Origin: Octopus vulgaris
Taxonomy: Eukaryota
DNA length: 64,000 bases
Direction: 5' to 3'
Assembly (NCBI GenBank): GCA_951406725.2
Contig: OX597833.1
Coordinates: forward strand, 39,308,001-39,372,000
The notes beneath the pieces were generated by a model. That model was not told the DNA's origin and made no database searches. It worked only from the letters and a program-made list of their open reading frames with translations. Every line of letters begins with the position of its first letter. Position 1 is the stretch's first letter. Both the position numbers and the translations under genes were made by a program. Positions 51,193-64,000 of the stretch are shown here, one piece after another.

Positions 51193-52074
51193 TGTATACA
51201 TATATGTATACATATATGTACATATTTATTTTTATATGTATATATATGCATATATGGGTACAGGACGTCACAAAATGTAAAAAACATGAAATGCGAAGAG
51301 AAACTATTTTTTGCAAACAACGAGAGAAACAAATGGAAAACAAGACAGGTAACATAAAGAATGGCCCTTCATCAGTTGCTGGCCAGATGAGGTAAGGTAG
51401 TGAATGTGGAGGAATATTGTCTTTGACAAGAGAAAGGATAGGAGAGGAGACAGATAAGAATGTGTCTGGTCTGTGCTGACAGACTGAACGAAAAGAAAGA
51501 TGATCATATGATGAGAGAAAAATGGCGAAAGGGAGAAAAAAAGAATTAGAGAAAGGATGAGAGAGAAAAATTGAAAGGGGTAGAAGGGGAGAAAAACGAA
51601 TTAGAGAAGGAAGAGGAAGAAAACGAAAGGGGGAGAGAGAGAACAGTAGAGGATAACACATAGATACAAATGAACACTCACCATACACACACACCTGTCC
51701 TATGTCTTTATTTATTTATCCATCTACTTACCTGCCTATCTATCCAATTATGTATCTCTTCAGTCTCTAAATATGTCTATCCTCCTATACACAGACCTCT
51801 CTACCTTGTTTTTTTGCCTGCCTATCTATCTGATTATCTCTCTGCCTATCTATCAGTTTGTCTGTCTGGCAAACAGTCTATCTATCTATCTATACACCTG
51901 CCTATATAAAATTATCCAAGATGGTCTTCCTTCCTTTCATGTATTATTGCTTTCTTTCTTCAGCAGTTTATTTCCTTGCTTTCTTTTTATTTAGCTAAAA
52001 GTGTTAATTTCTCCAAGATGAACATCCAAATTATTCCTATACAACTTCCAATTCCTGTCCCTCCCTCAGGGAGT

Positions 52075-52377
52075 AAAGACCCCTTCGGTTATGAATGATT
52101 ATGCAATTGCACCTGGAAAGTTACCCTCCAAGAAAGTTACCCTCGAGGTAAGGTTGTTTATGGAAGACCAGCAGTCGCCCATGAATACCAGCCTCCTCTC
52201 TCCATGCCACCGATGTTATCCAAGGGAAAGGTAAAGACCAGTACAGCTTGGCATCAGTGACATCACAGTTCATTTCTACAGCTGAGTGAACTGGAGCAAC
52301 ATGAAATAAAGTGTCTTGCTCAAGAACACAACACAGCCTGGTCTGGGAATCAAACTCACTATATCATGATTGTGAGC
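52075..52377 (-). mobile_element. tRNA-derived SINE (same type as 22000-22338)
   Basis: Reverse-complement homology. Confidence 0.82.
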
Positions 52378-52639
52378 ATCTCCTTCAAGAAAAACACCAA
52401 ATATTTTCAAGTATCTCTCAGCTTCATACACAGTGGAAGAGGAACACAATGTGTGAAAACAACCCTGAATGACCTTATTATTTAACCATTATATAATTTC
52501 AGAGACCAGGTTGTGACCTTAAGAGATATATTATCTACTGAGCGTATTACTTCACCAACAGGTACTGAGTGCTTGCATATCATATATAAGGTAAAATATA
52601 GTTCTGTGTTATATATATATATATACATATAATACATAC

Positions 52640-52915
52640 AGAAGGCACATGGCCTAGTGGTAAGGCTGCTGCACTCACGATTGCTGGATTGTGGGTTCAG
52701 TTCCCTGACTGCGTGGTGCATTGTGTTCTTGACCTAAACATTTCATCTCACATTGCTCCAGTGCCCCTTTGATTGTGTGTGTGTGGGGGGATTATTGGCC
52801 TGCTTGCCAAAGCAGTGAGGTGGCATCAATTGAAAGCTAAAACAATGTAAAAGCGCATTGTGACCAGCGATGTGTAACAACTCTGACAGTCTGGCTGGTC
52901 ACATGATCACATGAT
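52640..52915 (+). mobile_element. tRNA-derived SINE family C
   Basis: Head TGGCCTAGTGGTAAGG..GGTTCAGTTCCC. Tail shared with 21249-21553. Confidence 0.8.
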
Positions 52916-53074
52916 GTGTACGACATACATACATACACACCCACACACACACATATTTTAAATAAAAATGTATTATTACTGTTATTAATGATATTAATAA
53001 GGTAATAATAAGGTGGCTAGCCTTGGCTCTGATTTTAGCAAGTGGTATTATATACCCTACTGAATCTAAATTTA

Positions 53075-53109
<35 letters not shown>

Positions 53110-53174
53110 TAGGTAATAGTATTTATAAGACTAGTCAAATAACTTTCAAGTTGCAATATCATCATTGGCATCGT

Positions 53175-53205
<31 letters not shown>

Positions 53206-54434
53206 ATCATCGTTATCATTGTCATTGTTGTTGTTGTCTTCATTCATCATCATGATGTACATAGATAAAACACAAAGTTTAAATAGGTGGCATGTATGGA
53301 AATAGAAGCCTGCAGCCATCAATAGATCCTTAGTGAAGCAATCACACATACACATCTGTACGGTACGCACTCACAAGCTCACACACATTGAGGTCTGTTT
53401 GTATATTTGTTTCATGATCATCACCATCACCATCATCATCATGATCATCATGATCATCATCATGATCATCATCATCATGATCATCATCATCACCATCACC
53501 ATCGTCATCGTCGTATTCATCATCATCATCATCATATATATATGTGTGTGTGTATATGTATATATACATATATATGTATGTATGCATTTATATACATACA
53601 CACACATATATACATATACATGTATATGTTGATTATATATATAGATGTATAGATGTGTGTGTATATATATATATACACACACTTATACATATATATGTAC
53701 ATAAACACACAATACCATACAATGGATCAAACACATGTATAAAAACATACATATATACATGTGTGTGTGTGTGTGTGTGTGTGCACATGCACATGTGTGT
53801 GTATACATATATACATACATACATACATATATACACACACATACATACTATATTTGTTTTAAACACTGAGCAGTTAAGTGTGTTTAATGGAGTTTCTGCA
53901 GTAATTTAACCATTGTGGTTTTATAATTGATTAGATTGGCAGTTGAAATATTTACAAGAAAAACAACAACAACAACAACAACAGCATCAACAACGATATT
54001 AGTTTCAACTGCTGTAGTTACAAGAGCCATTGCTTCAACAACAACAACAACAACAAAAACAGCAACAATAGTAGTAGTTGTAGCACAATAACAGTGATAA
54101 TGATACTAAATATAATTGGAAGTCAGATGTTTATTACAGCAACAGCAACGAGAACAATATCAATTATAACAACAATGACAACAATTCAAATTGCCACAGC
54201 TGCAGCAGCAACAACAACAACATGAACAGCAATATCAGCATCAGGAAGTAAAAACAACCACAGTTTGAGCATCAATAATAGATGCCATAGCAAGCAACAA
54301 CAGTGATCAGAGCAAAGCAATGCTTTTCAGATCTGTGTTTTCTTAATGGTGTTATACAAGAGTCTTGTCTTAATACCCAACTTTGTAGCAGCTAAATCAG
54401 TCTTAAACTTACAAACATACATAAACTTTTACAT

Positions 54435-54660
54435 ATATGGCATCCTTTTTGTCTCGGGAGACAATGGAGTTGCGCATAAGTAGTCTAGTCCGGCTTTTAC
54501 ATTTCATGTCCTGATACATTTCCTGCTGTGGCTGTGTAGTCCTATCCTGGACAAACACTCCCTCTGGCAGGTACCGCAAATGTAGTGAAGACTGTTCCTG
54601 GCTGGTTGTAATGCCATAGTTTCTTGTTGACGTCTTTTCTTGTCTTTCCATTTCTCCTCT
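54435..54660 (-). pseudogene. RTE-clade LINE 3' end (C2HC zinc-finger-like motif plus 3' UTR)
   Basis: YICGTCQRECLSRIGLHSHSRKC followed by GTCTCCCGAGAC..GGATGCC. Confidence 0.75.
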
Positions 54661-55146
54661 CTCTCTCTGTCACTCCTTTGTATTCCCTCTCTTACGGTAC
54701 ATATATATATACATCCATTTATGAACATGTGTAGATTCATATATAAATATTTCCTCTCTACTATTTTTTCTTCCAGTATTTTTGTTTATTCATATTTCTT
54801 TTTGTATCAGTTATATAGTATGTATTCTTCAATGCATAATAACAATTGCTAGATTTTTTTCTTCGTTTTAAACATTTATTTAAATTTCAATTGGTGATGA
54901 AATTAAAGGTATTTATTTTATAAATATCTATTACAGAAACACATGTACAACAGTTATGTAAATAAATCCTTTTAATTATTTATTTATACTATTACTCTAT
55001 GGATCTCTTCTAATGATTTGAACTGATTAACCAGTAAGTAAAAAAGTTTTTCATAATTCACATCATCTTCATATTGAGTTATTACGTTATGGTTAATTGT
55101 TTATGCCTTTAAGCCATATAAATTTAAGCAATATATATATAGAGAG

Positions 55147-55315
55147 AGGCATAAACATGGATATGTGGTAAACATTTTGCTTCCCAATCACATGGTTCCA
55201 GGTTCAGTCCCACTGAATGGCACCTTGAGCAAGTGTTTCCTACTGCAGTCTTGTGTAGAAGACAAGCCTTGTGAGTGGATTTGGTAGATGGAAACTAAAA
55301 AGAAGCCTGTTCTAT
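55147..55315 (+). mobile_element. SINE family A, 5' half
   Basis: Head homology. Confidence 0.8.
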
Positions 55316-55623
55316 ACACACGTACACACACAGGCATATATATATATATACCTTCGAAATGCAGAGTAGATAATACAGGGGACAACTGATGAAGGGAATG
55401 TTCTTTATGTTGCATGTCTCATTCCTCTATTTGTTTGTTGTCTTTGTTGTTCCCCAAAACGTTCGCTTTCTATGTTTTTATTTTTTATGTTCTCGTTTCT
55501 CATTTTGTCTACGTTTTTTGATGTCCAGTATCCATATATGCATGTATATATACATTTATATGTAGGTATGTACATATATGTATGTATATATGCATATATT
55601 TATATATTATCTATATCATATGA

Positions 55624-55683
<60 letters not shown>

Positions 55684-55689
55684 CTCTAC

Positions 55690-56042
55690 TCTCTTTACTC
55701 TTTTACTTGTTTCAGTCATTTGACTGCGGCCATGCTGGAGCACCACCTTTTAGTACTTATTCTATCGGCCTCTTTTTGCCGAACCGCTAAGTGACGGGGA
55801 CGTAAACACACCAGCATCGGTTGTCAAGCAATGCTAGGGGGACAAACACAGACACACAAACACACACACATATACATATATATATACGACAGGCTTCTTT
55901 CAGTTTCCGTCTACCAAATCCACTCACAAGGCATTGGTCGGCCCGGGGCTATAGCAGAAGACACTTGCCCAAGATGCCACGCAGTGGGACTGAACCCGCA
56001 ACCGTGTGGTTGGTTAGCAAGCTACTTACCACACAGCCACTC

Positions 56043-56044
<2 letters not shown>
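55690..56044 (-). mobile_element. SINE family A, near full length, young
   Basis: Reverse complement with CpGs retained and a small internal deletion. Confidence 0.88.
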
Positions 56045-56122
<78 letters not shown>

Positions 56123-56903
56123 TATACATACAAACATATATATACATATTTAGTGAGTGTAGTCCCTAATTCATAGTTTGAAAGTGTTCGTGGGAAAGTT
56201 TAATAAATGAGCTTTTGAGAAGCATGTCTAATGGAATATCAGAAGGCAGTTTCTAAACAAATAATTTAATTTATTAAATTATTACAAGAGCTAACAAATA
56301 AAAAAGAGTATAGCTTGTGTGTATGCATGAGTCAAGGAAAACATTGTAATTTACGTTTGAAAAATAGATTCAGCTGGAAGTCATTTTAAGCAAACAGAAA
56401 ACAGAGCTAGCTTAAGTGAAAATATATGAACCAGAGTTGTGGCTGATGTCATCCAGAATTTCGTGAAGCATGATGGGCAGAAATGAATGACGTATCAAGT
56501 TGAGGGTGGCTGAAAATTTAGAGCCAGTGGCACAAAATTTGCTGTGTAAAGCAATTTCTACTCTTGTTACTTGTCCTCTATCTTTCGACAAACTGATTAA
56601 AACTCCTGCTTTGTTTCATGGGTAGAGAACTGCCTCTAGATTTTCTACACGCCCAGCCTTCATTGGCTGGAGAATACCATAGCACAACCGTGTTATGATG
56701 TGACAACTAAAATAGCTTTCCTGACATGCTATACATCTATTTATCCATCCATCCATCCATACATCCATACATGCATACATGCATGCATACATACATACAT
56801 ACACACATACATACATACATACATACGCACACACATACATACATACATACATACATACATACATACATACATACATGCATGCATGCATACATGCATGCAT
56901 GCA

Positions 56904-56937
<34 letters not shown>

Positions 56938-56943
56938 CATACA

Positions 56944-56974
<31 letters not shown>

Positions 56975-56987
56975 GTATGTATACATA

Positions 56988-57378
56988 CATTTGTCCTCAA
57001 CTGTTTGGACTCCTGCTCTCAACTGTGGTCATCCTACAGTGTCAGATTAAATGCAGAATTTGAGGCAGTTCAGTGATGTAACACAAGGAAGATTGCATCA
57101 ATGTAACAGCTGGACTACTGGGAAAGATTGAAAGAGCTATGACTCTACTATTTGGAATGAAAACAGAAGTATGCAGTGATATAAGTATGGAAAATGCTGG
57201 AGGGGCTGGTGCCGAACTTTGGAATTGAGAGCTATACCAGACCCCAAACTGGACATCACTGCACTGTTCCAAATGTCCCAACTGTCCCATCAAGAGTGAG
57301 GGCCATGTACTGCAATAGCTTTTGATTCAAGAGCTTGTAGCTATTTAATGCCTTCCAAAAACATCTGAGGATTCTCCA
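56988..57378 (+). pseudogene. decayed LINE RT C-terminal fragment (CR1/L2-like)
   Basis: FVLNCLDSCSQLWS..EFEAVQ*..LDYWERLKEL*LYYLE..VWKMLEGLVPN, with stops. Confidence 0.72.
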
Positions 57379-57705
57379 TGCTGGAGTACTGCATTTAGTC
57401 GAGCAAGTCGACCCCAGGACTTATTCTTTGTAAGCCTAGTACTTATTCTATTGGTCTCTTTTGCCACACTGCTGAGTTACGGGGATGTAAACACACTATT
57501 GGTTGTCAAGTGATGTTGGGGGGATAAACACAGACACACAAACATATACACACACATACATACATATAAATATAGATCTTTCAGCTTCCGTCTACTAAAT
57601 CCACTCAAAAGGCCTTGGTCAGCCTGAGGCTATAGTAGAAGACTCTTGCCCAAGGTGCCACGCAGTGGGACTGAACCTGAAACCATATGGTTCGTAAGCA
57701 AGCTA
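57377..57705 (-). mobile_element. SINE family A
   Basis: Reverse-complement homology. Confidence 0.82.
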
Positions 57706-57743
57706 CCACCACCACCACCACCACCACCACCACTACTATCATT

Positions 57744-57774
<31 letters not shown>

Positions 57775-57844
57775 CCACCACTACCACAGCCGCCACCACC
57801 ACCATCCTCCTCCTCCTTCTCCTCCTCCTCCCCCTATTCATCAT

Positions 57845-58020
57845 CATCACCATCGTTTGACCTCTGTTTTCTTTGCATGGGTTGGTGGGTCTGACAGAAG
57901 CATGTCTGTTTTGGTATGGTTTCTATGGCTGGATGTCCTTCCTAACGCCAACCACTTTACATAGTGTACTGGATGCCTTTATGCAGCACCACTACAAGCG
58001 CTTTTTTATGTAGCACCAGC
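57845..58020 (-). mobile_element. family D retroposon 3' end
   Basis: rc of GGTTGGCGTTAGGAAGGACATCCAGCC and tail. Confidence 0.7.
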
Positions 58021-58163
58021 ACTTATGAGCCTATGTATGTATGTATGTATGTATGTATGTATGTATGTGTGTGTGTATGTATGTATGTATGTATGCATGT
58101 TTGTATGTATGTATGTATGAATGTATGTATGAATGTATGTATGTGTACGTGTGTGTGTGTGTG

Positions 58164-58203
<40 letters not shown>

Positions 58204-58460
58204 TGAGTGTGTATGTATTAAAAAATAGAGAAAGACAGACAGAATGGATCATACATTGACAACGTCACACATACAAGCCAATGAAGAAATCTTTATACTG
58301 TCACTTGCCCAGTTAGAAATAGTAACCAAAGCACCTCAAATCATATACAACTGTCATCATGGTAGGAAACATAACATTAAGATAAATAAAATGGTTACAT
58401 AGATTTGCTTAACTAGAACTGAGTGGGCTTAAACTATTGCTTCTGCTGCTGCTGCTGCTG

Positions 58461-58509
<49 letters not shown>

Positions 58510-58819
58510 CACCATCAACGAACATTGGAGGTAGTGGGGGAGTACCTATGAAGTTGTCTTTAACCAACCCAGGAAAGGAAATGAATCTATAAGAGAGAAA
58601 TTCTATAGAGAATCTCTTGATTCACTCAATGGAACAGATAAATCTCCCTTAATAAACTCACTAAATTAATTAATCTATTCTGTAATCATAGATCTGATGA
58701 AAATTTTCTGTTACCATGGTAACAGAAAATGGTAACAATGTTTATCTTCAGTAAAATGTTGATTTATTATAGGCAGATGGTTTTATTTCTTACAAGAGTT
58801 AATCAACATTTTACTCCTA

Positions 58820-59238
58820 TTTTATTTCTTTATTACCCACACGGAGCTAAACATAGAGAGGACAAACAAGGACAAACAAAGGGTTTAAGTCAACTACATC
58901 AATCTCAATGCATAACTGGTACTTATTTAATCGACCCCAAAGAGATGAAAGGTAAAGTCAACTTCAGCGGAATTTGAACTCAGAACATAACGACAGACGA
59001 AATACCTATTTCTTTACTACCCACAAGGGGCTAAACACAGAGAGGACAAACAAGGACAGACAAACGGATTATGTCGATTATATCGATCCCAGTGTGTAAC
59101 TGGTACTTATTTAATCAACCCCGAAAGGATGAAAGGCAAAGTCGACCTCGGCGGAATTTGAACTCAGAACGTAGCGGCAGACGAAATACCGCTAAGCATG
59201 TCACCCGGCATGCTAACATTTCTGCCAGCTTGCTGCCA
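58820..59238 (-). mobile_element. SINE family B tandem pair
   Basis: Full copy at ~59005-59238 plus a second body at ~58820-59004. Confidence 0.85.
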
Positions 59239-59428
59239 TTTATTTTACTCCTATTTTGCAAGCCTATTGTTATTGCTACAGCACAACTGATTTCACATCA
59301 TGGTGAATTGTAAGGTTGTGTCTGGACTGTTTACATTTAAGTGGACTGGGTTGTTGATAAATAAATAAGTGTCTTTGTTATGGACATGACTCAGTAAATT
59401 ATATTTCACTGTGGTACATGCTTACAGA

Positions 59429-59690
59429 TGAAGGCATGTAACCCAGTGGTTAGGGCATTGTACTCATGATCACAAGATCATGGTTTCGATTCCTAGACTG
59501 GCTGGGGTGTTGTGTTCTTGAGCAAAAAAACTTCCATGTTGCTTCAGTCTATTCAGTTGTAAACGAGCAACCCTGTGATGGACTGGCATCCTACCCAAAG
59601 GGAGTGTTGTGTGCTCGGTCAGTTACATACCATGGTAACTGGATAACTGGACTTATAAATCCTAGAGTTCAAGACGGTACTTATTTACTA
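59429..59690 (+). mobile_element. tRNA-derived SINE family C
   Basis: CAGTGGTTAGGGCATTG..GGTTTCGATTCC head. Confidence 0.75.
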
Positions 59691-60502
59691 CATGCTTACA
59701 GCTAGCTGCTCTGGACAAGTGTTTTCTTCACAGAGGCAAACAGCTTAGTCCTCAGATTTAACTCTTTACTCATAGAAAGAGGGATAGTATCCACAGCTTT
59801 GACATTCCCTTCTCCAAGACAAACTATTGAAACTGATGCAACTGTACCCTGCTTAAACCCATACAGTCCAATATAGTCAATAAAATATGGGCTGGAAGAG
59901 AAAAGGGTGGATGAACTCTGTCAAAGGCTGGGGACTAGGCTGTGATGTTAAAAAGGACATCATTTCAGTACTACAACCAGAAGGTTAAGGGCATTCAAAG
60001 ATTAGTGTCTAGGGTTAAACAGAACAGTATGTTAGGCTTCATAAGTATTCATAAGTCCAGTTATCCAGTTACCATGGCTAAAGGAAGCCAAAGACCAATT
60101 TAAAGTGTCAAACTGGATTGTATGTTAGGTTTACTACAGCCTGGAGATGAAAAACATTCAAGGACCATGAAGAAGGACTAAACTGGGAAGCATATTTAGC
60201 CTGATTTCTAAAATCTATGCTAAAAGTACCCATGAAGCAGGTATGATAGTATAGTAGAATAGTTTGCTTTCAATGAAATTGTTTTTACTGATGTGGACTG
60301 AAGCTTGTCTCTTTGAATTTTTATGAGTATATATTTGCTCATAGAAAGTAAATTAGTGTGAGTTTTAAGAAGTTTGGCTGCAAACCATAAGGTTTTGAAG
60401 ACAAGTCAGACTACATCAACCGTTTTTACTATCAATTGACATAACTTATCTCTATTCTTTGACTTGACAGAAAAGCAAGAGTACTTTGCTATTATCTAAA
60501 AC

Positions 60503-60978
60503 CAATTTTTTATTTGCTAAAGGATATGTAAATAAGACATTACGCTCATGAAAAGGGTGTAATAGTTGATCAACAGACTTAGAATGGCTATCACCACTTC
60601 ACAGGGAAGGGAAAAGGTAAGAAATTGGCTGGTTGTTTCCTTCTGTGAAACAATTTTTGTCCAAAATGTTTAACTTTTTACATTCTTGTGAAGTCCTGTC
60701 AAGCCAAGTGAGTTAAGAGTTGTGGCCTATGCCAATGTCAGGTCGATGGCACCTGTGCCAGTGGAATGTAAAAAAACACCCACTACACTCTTGGAGTGGT
60801 TGGTGGTAGGAAGGGCATCCAGCTGTAGAAACCATGCCAAATCAGACTGGAACCTGGTGCAGCTCCCTAGCGTACCATATACATCTATATATGGATTCTT
60901 CGTGTGTGTGTATATATGTGTGTATGAATACACACATGCATACACTCACACACACACACACATACACACTCACTCACT

Positions 60979-61014
<36 letters not shown>

Positions 61015-61302
61015 AATACTCATATATGTGTGCATGTGCAGATCTCTGTGTGTCTTCTCTGTGTCTAAACGATAACACCACCACTGCTAATATCAAACTA
61101 TCCAACCCATACCAGCATGGAAAGTGGATGCTAAATGATGATGATGATAATTTTTTATCACCTATTTTGTAGCCTTTCCCCTACCTTTTACTAGTACTTT
61201 TCTCCATGAGGTATAGATAGCTATTCCAAAAGTCTATTGATCAACTATTATACCTCACAAGTGTAATAGTTTATTTCCTAATTCTTTAGTAAATAAAAAA
61301 TT
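60503..61302. mobile_element. old fold-back element / MITE with ~90-bp diverged TIRs, containing a family D insertion
   Basis: 60503-60593 is similar to the reverse complement of 61217-61302 (shared TAATAGTTGATCAAYAGACTT). Family D sequence at ~60685-61150. Confidence 0.6.
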
Positions 61303-61628
61303 AGCTGTCGACAATAGAAAAGAATCAAAGCAACACATTAGACCAGATTACACCTAGTTATTTGATTACCTCCATGTCACAGATTATCTCTGTTGGAGCT
61401 GACATGGGCTGCACAAGAACAGTGTCATCATCATCATCATTACAATCCTCCTCCTCCTCCTCATCATCATCATCATTATCATCAACGGCAACAACATGAA
61501 CACTAACAACAAAAGCAACACAGCCTTTTCACAGTTGAATGGTTAGCAGCAGGATGTGCACCCAGCTGTAAATAAAATATCATTACTTAAATTAACCAGT
61601 CAACCCAGACATAAATGAAATATAAATT

Positions 61629-61686
<58 letters not shown>

Positions 61687-61711
61687 CATACATACATACA
61701 TATATATATAT

Positions 61712-61779
<68 letters not shown>

Positions 61780-61823
61780 TTATAGATATATACATACATA
61801 TATATATATATACATACATACAT

Positions 61824-61879
<56 letters not shown>

Positions 61880-62007
61880 CTTCCTGGCCTCCTTAAATTT
61901 GCTGTTTAGTCCTTGGTCAGTCTGGATCTAGTAGGCCTGTAATCAAAGGTATTCCTTCCAGCTATGACTCTCCTGTCCTATTTTCAATTGCAATATATTT
62001 AGCATTA

Positions 62008-62155
62008 CTTCTGAGTTCAAATTTCACCGAGATCAGCTTTGCCTTTCATTCTTTCGGGGTTGATAAAATAAATACCAGCCATGCACTGAGGTTGATATAA
62101 TCAACTTACCCCATCCCCCAAAATCGCTGGCCTTGCCCCCAAATTTGAAACTAGT
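62008..62155 (+). mobile_element. SINE family B variant
   Basis: GAGTTCAAATT..GCCTTTCATTCTTTCGGGGTTGATAAA core. Confidence 0.78.
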
Positions 62156-62856
62156 ATATCTAGCATTACTTAATCCAATGCCTGGTTTGGTTTCGTTTTT
62201 GAGGCATTAATGTACGATCTGAGAGCAAATTTGGCTGGTACTTCTTGCAGGCAGAGTACTAATGTTAGGCTTCCCTCTTGGGCTTATGTGTTGATATTAG
62301 AATGGTGGTGTTATGGTTTAGACACAGAGAAGACACACAGAAATCTGCACATGCACACATATATGAGTGCTTATATATATATATGTGTGTGTGTGTGTGT
62401 GAGAGTGAGTGTGTATGTGTGTGTGTGAGTGTATGCATGTGTGTATTCATACACACATATATACACACACGAAGAATCCATATATAGATGTATACCTACA
62501 CATATACTTTCATGCACAAATCCAAGCACACACATACACACACACTCACGTGCAGAGAAATCCACTGATCTACACATACAAAAGCAGAGATATAAATGAT
62601 GACAATAGCAACAACAACAACAACAACAGGAATTTCTAGATTAGGTTTTCAGAAAGTATCACTGTGAATGATAAATGAATTGAACAAAACAATTAATCAC
62701 CCCTTGCTATGAAAGTCTTTCGAAAATAGAAACAGTTTTAGTTATATTTATGTACTATTATCTCTAAAGAGATACCAATAAATCTTGGTGATCAGCAGTA
62801 CAGATGGAAGCTTCTGGAAATGTGTAAGATATATATGTTTGTGTATGTATATGAGA

Positions 62857-62984
<128 letters not shown>

Positions 62985-63026
62985 ATATATATGTATATGT
63001 TTATATATATCATCATTATATATATC

Positions 63027-63156
<130 letters not shown>

Positions 63157-63963
63157 GTGTTCCACCCATGCCAGCATGGAAGGCGGATTTTAAATGATGA
63201 TTATGATGATGATGGTGATATATATATATATTCACATAACGCACACACATATATGCACATGTATATACATACATATATACATATATATACCGATTTATGC
63301 ACACACGCAACGCACGCACACACACATATAATTGTATGTATGTATGTGTGCATGGATCACTCAATGAATGCATTTAAATAGAGCATCACATATATTATTA
63401 ACATGGAGAAGGTTGACACAGTCTTTGAAGTTTTGGCTTAGTTGCATTCATTAGTGTCACTCCTTGGTTATTTATGTACGTGTGTCTGTGCATGTGTATG
63501 TGTGTATGTATGTGTGTATGTATGTACGTATGGCTGTATGCACATGTACATGTGTGTGAGTCCGTCTATCTGTGTGCATGTGTGTAGCATAATATTGTAG
63601 AATGTAGTTTGTATTTATGTACTGACACCATTTTTACACATGTTTCAGTGCTGATCGCAAAATGATTGGGTAAGATTAATTTTAAGCAATACTTTATCAC
63701 GTATCACCTCATCAGATGTTGTTGGAGTTAAATGGAACATATTCCAGTCTAACTCAATAATCATATCTTGCTCTTTAACAAGCACTGAATAAGCATTACA
63801 TACATGGGTGTGTGTATGTGTGTGTGTATGTGTGTGCAAACAACCACAAAAACATACACATATTTCTAAAGATATATTTCTTCACATTTAAGTATATTGT
63901 GTTCATACATTCACATTTGAGTGTGTGTGTATGTGTGTATACATACATATATATGTATGTATG

Positions 63964-64000
63964 TATCAGGTCATCCCATATGTTCTGTCCGAATTTTGAA
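63964..64000 (+). mobile_element. possible mariner TIR start running off the window
   Basis: TA-TCAGGTCATCCCATATGTTCTGTCCG resembles mariner termini (cf. 5001). Only 37 bp are visible. Confidence 0.35.

Noticed and set aside
55381-55470. Hammerhead candidate CTGATGA-aggga..tcccc-AAAACGTTC (related copy at 51280-51380, minus)
   Set aside because: G12 is missing and stem I does not close. At best a decayed PLE terminus, so it was not called.

Overview
AT-rich, microsatellite-saturated animal DNA. The SINE and MITE repertoire looks like that of octopus/cephalopod genomes, which is an inference from recognition rather than a search. No host protein-coding exon can be supported, and almost all ORF-track entries are translations of simple repeats. 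The real content is transposable elements: many tRNA-derived SINEs of at least three types, RTE-type tails, one apparently young 5'-truncated CR1-clade LINE with an uninterrupted RT frame (43.4-44.9 kb), decayed mariner/Tc1 elements, piggyBac/hAT/pogo-type MITEs, and Penelope-like elements (PLEs), seen as an RT fragment at 0.3-0.6 kb and a GIY-YIG endonuclease ORF at 33.0-34.0 kb. The most striking signal is a dense set of minimal type I hammerhead ribozyme (HHR) motifs: stem I-CUGANGA-stem II-GAAA-palindromic stem III-UH. About 7 unrelated sequence families are present, most next to (TA)n tracts. Many form outward-facing asymmetric inverted repeats whose spacer ranges from ~1.45 kb (the GIY-YIG ORF) through ~400 bp to ~6-10 bp (two ~220-bp fold-back double-hammerhead mini-elements). 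The window also holds an old ~46-bp tandem array with CTGATGA plus a hairpin, several locally templated insertions, and nested TE insertions with TSDs. Boundaries were read by eye and may be off by a few to tens of bases.
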